Assembly (NCBI GenBank): GCA_003344405.1
Contig: NOWV01000220.1
Coordinates: 62,001 to 112,202, forward strand
Reading direction: 5' to 3'
DNA from: Trichoplax sp. H2
Lineage: Eukaryota
DNA: 50,202 nucleotides
This document shows positions 40,789 to 50,202 of the stretch, piece by piece. Under the pieces are notes generated by a model. That model was not told where the DNA came from and did not search any database. It saw only the letters and a program-made list of their open reading frames with translations. The number at the start of each line of letters is the position of its first letter. The first letter of the stretch is position 1. The translations under genes and the position numbers were made by a program.

Positions 40789-43429
40789 GAGGAAAAAATT
40801 ATACTTAACACGTTAATATTGATTGAATTATAGCACCTAACTTGATCATATAGAATGAAGGTCTAAGCCGTTATTCTTCTTTATAGTATGACAATGTTAA
40901 AGAACATTATAGAATAATGGGATAAATTTTATAACAACGTAAACGGTTTATTTCAGATATTGACAATTATTGGTATTGTTTCAAGTTTGGCTGTTTTTCT
41001 TTCTAACTAGTCGCCGGAAGCTTGCACTATAGAAAGTAAATTATAATTACTGCCATAGTTTAATCAGAGATGATGAACAATTATAACTATATGAATTGCA
41101 ATTTGTTCGAATCTGATCCTAACGGCAGAAGATAGGAATCAGAGCATCGTATTTGGAATGTTTTGCTGTCGGTAGATTATGAACATTGGCCGTAACATAC
41201 ATGGATACAGATTACCTATATCAAGATAGTCGTAGTATTAGTATGAAATAGAATAGAGGTTAAGGCTGAGTAATCTTATAGATGATAAACTACGTTATAT
41301 TATAAAGCATCTTTTACTGAAATCAGCAGATTGAAAAAGAGAATTAAAATAAGTACCGCTTACTATTGTTAGATTATATTTATTTGCTGGAAATAGAATT
41401 AACATCCATATAGCATGACTAAATGGTAAAGTTCTACTGCAACACAATATGGCAAGGATGAAAAACATAACTGTTTCCTTGTTGTAATCATTAGCAACTG
41501 CCTAAAGACTAGGGGACTAATACATACAGTAGGTAAATATTTATTAACTAGAGCTAGATAAACTTTAGATATAGAACGCCGTTTAATCATAAGTGAGCAG
41601 CAATAATAAACTGTCCGTTTTACTGAAATCAGAATTTTACGGCAGTAAGTAGAAACGTTAAATTGTTGTTGGATAGAATTTTCAAACATGAATTGAATTA
41701 TTTTCACAACTGCTACTAATTAAGTAAAGTTACTCTCAATATTACGACGATAGGCAGTAGTGATAGCTACGAGCATTTTCCTATGCGAAAGCAGTGTATT
41801 ATAGGCTATAAATTAGAAGTTTATCATTTAAAACATTCTTATATGTAATATAATTAACTATAGGCTAGCCATAAGATTAAAGGTAATTGTGACTATTCAA
41901 TTGTGAGAATAATTGGTAATAAAAAATTAAGCTCCATTTTAAAAAAGAAGAAACTTATTGTTAAAAATAGGAATAGGCACATCATTTTAAGATGATTTGA
42001 TGCCTATAGATTGGAAACTATTTTTGAAAATATGTATTTAGTGATTGTTATAATAGGATAACCACCAGATGAAAAATAATGATTACAATTTTATAATTGC
42101 ATGAATGATCGGAAATAATAAGTGATATGGTGAATTTTATTGGAATATAGATTTTATAACGGGTTCAGAAATAGTTACGTCATATTTAAATAGTGTTTAC
42201 ATATTATGAACGAATAGAGTTGCTTCTCAATCTTAACTTATAGCTAAAGAGTTACTTTCTGCTTCATATTAGCCAAGAAGATCGAATTTGTTCTTATACT
42301 TTATAGCCAACGTACTGTTCATCAGAGCTCCAAATTAATTCATTGCTGACATTGAACAAATAAGTCCCAATTGCCTATTTTCAAACTTCCTGATTGAATG
42401 CGCATGTATTTTAGCTAGTTAATAATTGTTGTTACTATCAGCTGCTATATAATATGACTACAATCGTTTCAGAATACTATAGGCAACCCGTTGTGAAAGA
42501 TAGAATCATCATAACATCTTGTTTACAGCCAATACTCATTAAAAAAATCGGATGATGTATGTGGGTGTATCCATTGCTAATTCTATCACTTTGTTTTCGT
42601 TCGCAAAACGATTAAATTAAATTATTCTAAGCATGTAATGAGGCCATAAGGCAAGACTACATTCCTCTCATCGCCATTATGATTATGTGTCTATCATTAC
42701 AAAACCCGGATAAATTGTTGAAACAGTTCTCCAGTTTGGTAGGGAGCAATGACTAATTTAGAGTGACAAGTTTATCTTAAGAACAAATAATTTTAGATGT
42801 AATGAAAATAGAATAATAACAATTGCTTGTCTAGATGCACCATTAGCATTGTGTTGATATATCTTTTGCGTGTCCGGTAGCTCTTTCTTACTTGTTATAG
42901 TTTAATTAATATCTTTATGTATTAGTAATAGTCTTTATAAGCACCATTTTATGTGCGCCATCACTTTGACATTAAATCGTTAATAATTTTTATTATTCTA
43001 TCATACAAAACTCAAGCTTGTCGTTTTAGTCCATTTCAAGATAATCCAAAGTTCATTTTAATCGATATCTCAAGTTAAATCTATACAATTATTGAATTTA
43101 TTGTCTATACCATTTCGCGGTAAATAATAAATATTTTGAAAGAGTTTAATTCGATCACCGTTAAGTTCGATCTAACTCGTAAACGAGATCCTGAAAGCGA
43201 CTGTCACGACTGTAAGGTAAACTTAAAATTCTCCTTTATTTTCACGTTACCAACGAGTAACAACACATAAAAAATTGTCAACGAGCAACTTAATGACTTA
43301 TTCAAATTTAACATAAGCCGAAATCTCCCTTTTTGCTCTATCATATCTCCTTTTTATACCGTTATAGTTTATCCATTAATACTCTATACCACGACAACAG
43401 CAAATATGTTTTAAAACATAATCTCAAGA

Positions 43430-43499
43430 CAGTAATTATCCCTAAAATGGTGAACATAACCAGTAATAATCCCTAATATGGAAATCAGTTGAACATAAC
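43430..43499. repeat. Small tandem duplication (31/39 bp units)
   Basis: CAGTAAT(T/A)ATCCCTAA(A/T)ATGG..TGAACATAAC occurs twice. Confidence 0.7.
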
Positions 43500-46400
43500 A
43501 GCGAACTTGAATGTAAGAAAGGTCACGCATTGCTAAATTCCGTATTTGATTTTTTATGGGCCACTATTATTGCGCTAACAGTTTGAATAAAGATATATCG
43601 GATGAGATATTAAAGTTTACTTTAGTACATAAAATATATTCTGAAAGTTTTCTTAAACCTAAGAAAGGTCAGGCATCGCTACCTTCTATGAGCGATTTCT
43701 TCATGTCATTGCTACTGTACTAAAATTTAAAGCAAATTAAGCGGCAATCAAATCGATTTTACTATAACTAAGCTCTACAAATGAATATTTTAAGCAGGAT
43801 AATGGGATTAAATTCTAGTCTGTTCATAATCAATTTACCGAAACTGTTTGTTTGATTGATTCATTTTTCTTTATCATGCTCGTCAAATTGAACGAAATAA
43901 ACTATTAGTTAATGTCTTTGACCTTTTAATTTTATATCTTATACTGCTGTATATAGCTATAATTGAGAAGATTTAAGTTAATGCGATGAAATCAATCCAA
44001 TCAAATTCTAGAATACTTAGTAAGTCATCTCGTATAATACTATTTCTAGAAGTCTAAGAATAAAGAGTAATTGATAAACAACCATTATTTTAAAAAAAGA
44101 TATTCATTATACCCGATTATGATCAATATCTACATATGAATCTTAGTCCGGATACTTGCATTTATAAATTATATTAATCAGTCTACCAGGTAAGCTTGAT
44201 AGATACTTCACTATTGATGAGACTCTGAAAACAAAATATTTAGTAAACCAGCCAGAAATACGCTGATTTCCATCTTATGAAGCTGGTTTATCCCTAAAAT
44301 AAAATATAGCGCAGAAAAGCTTCAAAATTGGATCGAAAATTCCGGACGGCTGAGTTTATTTACTTTCGTTGTAAAGTCTATTCTTGATGCTATTCAGAAT
44401 ATCCTCTGCTCGAAAGAAAACCTCTATCCTAGGACATGTAGCAAATGTTCAGCAGTGATCTAAAGGAAATCGGATAGTAGCATTTATTGTTTAAAAATAA
44501 TAGGTGTGCATAAATACATATCCGTATTGCAAAGTGATTAGTTACAAGATTACGAAGCTTCTTTAAATGAAGAAGAAATCACGCAAGCAACAAAACATTG
44601 CGTGACTGTAATATGAATATATAGAAATGAAAAAAAAGAAATAATCGATTTAACTAGAGAATTTTTAATTATGATTGGCTCTACCATTAATGAATGATAT
44701 ATTAATCATAATTTAGAATACGCTGAGACAACAATTACGTATTCGTTAGCCTATCTAGACTACTCGATCATAGCGGGTATCACGTTAATTTGGTGTTACT
44801 TCCTAAAATACAAGCACATACTTATATATGAGTTCACAAGGTGCTCCGCATAGGATGTAGTACAATTTTTTTACCATATTTACAATGTACAAGAATAGAA
44901 CGATTAATATTGGTCAACACGGGAAAACTTCCATTTTATTATTATAAGGTGTATTGGGAGATAAATAATGACACTTTGTTGCAGCTTAAGCTAACAAGAT
45001 TAGAAAATGCCATTATTGAAGTATTTATCAATATGCGCAAGTTGTGCATCACAATGAATAAAGCAAGTTTATTCTATAAAGTCGGCATTATGCAAACTTT
45101 TAACACTACGACGACACTTACTCAAAGTAATATCATGATCTGACTTTATTTAATGAGCATCATCGCCCTCAATAGCAGTCAGGAACGTTATGAATTATTT
45201 TTAACATCAGAGTAGTAAAGTAGATCTTATTAATGCGTGGAACTTATGCGAGATCAAGAAGACAAAGTAAACGTCATTTCGTGACTAATACTTACGCATT
45301 TCCCGTAAAAAGCAAATCGAATCGGAAACTTTCATAATGACGCTGTAACAAGCTCTGCAGATCGTTTCCTAATAGAAAACAAAGTAGAATGTAACATTGA
45401 TCACATTTATATTTAGTAATAAAATTTAACATTTTGTTTTTTAGAGTTAGCTATAAATAGAAAGCGGCCAGTTCAGGCTCTATATATCATCTGTAGGGAT
45501 ACATATAATTAGTAAAACATATAGAGTACAAAGAGATTATAGTCGTTAATATTTAACAAATGAACATGACCACATATTCAGGATAGTTTATACAGTTTAG
45601 GCAGCTATTTCGAAGTAAAGATTTAATAACGATTTTTTCAATTACTGAGACCTAATTTAGCTTCCTACAATGCGAACAATATAAATGTTATATGTATAAT
45701 GTATAAATGTATTCTCAATAAATTATTTCTTATTTTGCAATAGAAAAGATTTCTAGCGAATAGAAGAAGCTGCCCAACAAATACTACGCATATTTATTAA
45801 GCTTACATGGTCTTTATATCTAATAATAACACTTCATCTGTTATTGAACAGTTCAATCGCCAAATTGGACATTACAGTAAGATCGATACTTGTTCTGTTT
45901 ATGGATGATCGTTGACATTCTAAAATCAGTAAATCCCTCCATGATGATATTAATAAATTGATAGTAATTTTTCAATTGTATCATTTTTTAAGATCTACTA
46001 CCGAGCAAGTAGTCTTGTCCCACTACATAATTTGGATTAATCTAATCATCTGACGGTAAGTACCTTTAGATTATATGATCAAAATACTAAAAAAGATTAT
46101 TGATGTAAAAGATTAAATAGAAAAATAAATAATTTTATTATACCTGTATAGTACAAAAATTGACCATCGTAAATGCGACTAGAGCTAGACGGACATAAAT
46201 TTATTTTTTCGTTCGTCTGCTTATTCATTAATTTTGAATTTATCAATTATGGCAACCGAATATTTATTAGTTTAGCTTTTATTTTGCTTTTAAATTGATA
46301 TTGCACTGAAGGGAATATTTAACTGTTTGAACGATAAATGTTATTGCTTTAAATGCTTGCCTTCCATTTTGATTAAATTATATTACTTTTACAGCATATG

Positions 46401-49260
46401 ATAGCTTACTTTACAAATCTCGTATTATAAGAATTTAGTAACTGACCTGATTTAGTTTAGCTCTTTTTTCAATGCTGCTAACATAACCTTATATCGGGTA
46501 TACTGTGATTATCGTCAGACTTTGCTGTAAAGATATTTCATCATAGCCTCAGAGAATAGCCACTAATATAGCTCTTTAATTAGAGCTACGAGTAACAGGT
46601 ACTGTGGTTACTTACTTAAATTTTTCTAGACAAAATCTAATGATTTACTTTATTGGAAAATCATTTACATTCTATTAAATCTTTTTCTATGCTGATCATT
46701 ATAATACTTCGATTAAATGGCTATAATGCTATACAAATGATCAAAAATTGAATGAATAATTCGTCTTTTTTCTCTTAACCGTAAAATAATTCATTTTCTG
46801 ATTCATCTTAATCTATTCGAATATTACATTCGGGTAATTGTCTATCAATTATTTGTTACGGTCCGAATCTGATACGGTCGCGACCTTGTGCAAACAAAAA
46901 TATTATAAAGCAGTTCCTGTGTAGTACTGAAATTATTATATGAATCATTATTTTCGTTTTCCAAACCTAAATGTAGTATCATTTTAATTCATAGCAGATT
47001 TAAATTTAATAATAGCAAACCCTTGCGTGATCAATTTATGTCCTAAATAATAGAAATATCATACGTACACAAACAGGAAACCTTTCAAATATGCATTAGA
47101 TGTGATTAAATTGGATGTAATGAACAATTCAAATCATCACTATCACATCTACAAATTTAAAAGCATCAATAACTTAATTATTTTCGATCAACAAAGTCAT
47201 TTGCAATTTGCAATTTAATCTATACGTACAATAGTAATGATAATGGCAATATTCCCTTTTTCTATTTAAATCGAAGTCAAATAACAGAATAAGTCTCTTA
47301 TAGTATTAGTCAATATATTTTTGTTCCTGCTATCACCAGATTTCCCTATTTTTATAACGGGGCATCATATTACAGTATACGCTTAAAGTTGCATAAAAAG
47401 GGGAGCAGAATCTAATGGCGATTAAATAACTTATTGCAATGCTTTACCTCCAATTAAAGTTAATTTGTGATTCATTTCTTCATCTTACAAGATAATATCG
47501 GTAGCTATTTCATTCTTAATATTTTCAGTCATTTCAGTTAAATTTAGCAAATAGGACGAAATGAAAAATATATCGTATTGTGCGCTTATTGCCTATATTG
47601 ATTAGATTATTCTGCTTGGAAAATGTGCTATAGATAGTTAGATTTTACTTTATGTGGAGAAATTAAAATGAATTCTAATTACTTTTTTAAATGCTAGATA
47701 GCTTTTCCTTCAAAAATGATTAATAAGGAATCTTTAAATCGAGCTTTATAAGCTGGCAGTTATTAGCGGGTGCTCGACAACAATTTAGACTATACTAATA
47801 CTTAGGCTACTAAATGATTTTATTCTTATTCAAGCATAAATTAAATAGATTTATGTCATTGAATTCAATTTTGTCTCATTTTTTAGCATATTAATTATAT
47901 TATAATTGGCTAGAGTTGGCTTAGTTAATTAGCATAGAATAATAAACTGTTTACGTTAACTAGAATAGCATTGGTATTATCATCAATTGAACAATATTTA
48001 GAAATATTTCCAGTAAATTTTAAAAAATGATATCCAATCTCTTAAAATTTCCTATTATTCTTTCTATTTGTGCAATTTTTATCATGTCGCTACAAATCGT
48101 ATTTTTTGTTGTTATTGCGTGATCATTATATATTCCTTTCGTCAACAAAATCAAAAAGAGCTAGTGCTAAAGTGAATAACTGAATGTCAATTTCTTTATT
48201 GTTGATATAGAAAATCATTTTATTCCAAGTTCAGAATAATATCATTAATTTTTAATCCCGAAAGAACTTGATTTTGACCTAATATCAACTTGCGTAGCAA
48301 GTTTACCTTTACGATTTCTTTGCCACAGAATTTAAGTAGAAATAATTCATCATTTATGAACATAGTTTCATACCAGTCTAATCTATTATGAGGAAAAAAA
48401 ATAGCTACTGTGATTTTTAATTGAAAGCAACATAGATACACATTTATAGTCAGCTAATACCTTACCTAATGGATAGAAAGGTATCATACAATAAATATTC
48501 CAATGTAGACTACCCTCTATTTAAAACATAGCAAACATTTGTTCTATATGATTAGAATATATAGTCAGATTACGGTAATTACAATGAATTACTGATTTTA
48601 ATTTTGCTTTTATGACAAGAATTTTAATGGATATAACAGTGATATAATGAATAGTATATAGAATGTATATGTTAAGTTCAATCCTGGAAATGTCCAATTG
48701 CTTGGCATTGTCCTAATGGAATTTTCAGTCATCACTTTCCATTATATCGACTCGCTTTGGATGCATAATGATGCTTTATAGCTGTTGTATTAAAGTAATC
48801 TTAAGATTCATGAGAATAATTTACTAGGCTAGCCCTAAATGTCATGTAATTAATTCATTTCTTGCATTCTTAACGCTATAAGGGTCTAAAGTTCGATAAG
48901 ACTACAATAGTGATCAAGTGAAATAACCATCATGATTTGTAGGTCAATGAAATTGAATAATAGCAATCATAAATGCCAACGTTAAAGAAAATGTTGGAAT
49001 CCAAAGTAATTTTCTGAAATCAGCATCAATAAAAGCGAATTGGCTTAGATGTCATCGCTATAGGACATTCTACGTCTAAATTTTAATAGATTAACATGAG
49101 TCGTGTAGGTGTTGGGCACGTGCTGAATGACTGATGGAATAAGTGAAAATATTTTTATTTTATTCAATTATTTTTCAAAGAAATTGATCGCCAATTTCAT
49201 TATTGTCTTGGTTGTCATACTGATGGCAATTGACCGTCTGAACTTTTTTGACAGAATAAA

Positions 49261-49500
49261 TTGAGCGTTTTAATTTCTGTCTTCAAAATTTGTTTTGATA
49301 TCAGGATAATTGAGTAGCAATTGATAGAAAGGCTACCCTCGATTACGTTTTCCTTATTTCTTTCCTAAATGGTCCGTATATTGAGTATTTAATTCGATCT
49401 TCTATGTTTTTATTTTGATATCAGGATAATTGAGTAGTAGTCAATCGAAATGTTACCTTCAAACCATGGTATCCTTATTTTCCCCTTAAATATTCTGTGA
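49261..49500. repeat. Diverged tandem duplication (period 120 bp)
   Basis: An identical 25-mer TTTTGATATCAGGATAATTGAGTAG at 49293 and 49413, with co-linear weaker similarity across both 120-bp units. Confidence 0.85.
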
Positions 49501-50202
49501 ACTTACAACAATCGAATTGTCTCCATAAGTGATATTTCTAGTAGCAGTTACGCTATTATAAACTATTACACTGATATGAAAGTACTAGCTCTAAGCCATT
49601 CAGTGCCCCACTTTACAACTCGATCGATTAATAAATATTGATCAATAATATGTACTAGAGATTATTTTTATATCGAAGTGACCGTTACATTTAATTTCAA
49701 AGTCTTATCATTTTCATGTATATCTCATCCTTATCCTTCAATTCCTTTAAGTCTTACTGCTCCATCTTCAATTAAATGCAATTCAGAAGATTTTATTATC
49801 TCAATAGAAATTGTATTTATCTTCCATATATATGATTATTTTCAATTTGTTTCTTTTCTCCTCAAATAGATCAAGCCATGATTAAATATGGTTTAATTGA
49901 TGGTATCTGATGAGATTTATTTGAAAGATAACTATCTTTTTGTTGATCTTTAACTTGGTTATTTTTAGATGGGATAGTATTACGAAATGATAGTTCATTT
50001 TTATTGGCATTAAGGCTTGGAAATGATTGCTTTCAGTCTGAATTTGCATCTTGTCAAATCTTTCGAGCTATGATTAATTGAGTGATAGCAGACAATACAA
50101 TTAAGGAATCATTTAGCATTTAAACATCCGTTGGATAATTCAATTTTCTGTCCCTCACTTTTTATTGTACAGGAAAATCCTTTCGTTCCACGTAATTCAT
50201 AT

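Noticed and set aside
41399..45143. The two longest ORFs of the gene-free region (41399-41707 minus, 44841-45143 plus)
   Set aside because: Non-ATG starts, composition typical of random AT-rich DNA, and no motifs or supporting splice structure.
49817..50119. TGA-as-Trp (code 4) or selenocysteine reading of a 100-codon frame
   Set aside because: A few such frames are expected by chance in 35 kb across six frames at this AT content. Neighbouring frames use TGG and contain TAA stops, and no SECIS was seen.

Overview
AT-rich eukaryotic (animal) genomic DNA with short GT-AG introns. The architecture is consistent with a compact early-branching animal genome such as a placozoan (Trichoplax), but this is inference. 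The first 15 kb is gene-dense. I reconstructed four spliced genes by hand from splice sites and reading-frame phase: the 5' 16 coding exons of WDPCP/Fritz (minus strand, running off the window start), a complete 6-exon GHITM/TMBIM5 (minus), and two tandem 5-exon sigma-class glutathione S-transferases (plus) head-to-head with GHITM. An intact tRNA-Pro(TGG) lies between WDPCP and GHITM. The remaining ~35 kb has no gene I can recognise. It holds a short non-autonomous Helitron-like element with a decayed sister copy, several small tandem duplications, a 20-N assembly gap flanked by what look like two uncollapsed haplotypes differing by a 2.28-kb indel, and a possibly decayed coding stretch at the far end. 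I found no convincing new multi-gene system. The most interesting signals are: (i) both GSTs have lost the conserved Arg and Asp residues of the dimer-interface charge cluster; (ii) TACAGT/ACTGTA palindromes sit upstream of three genes; (iii) the Helitron-like element; (iv) the structural variant at the gap.
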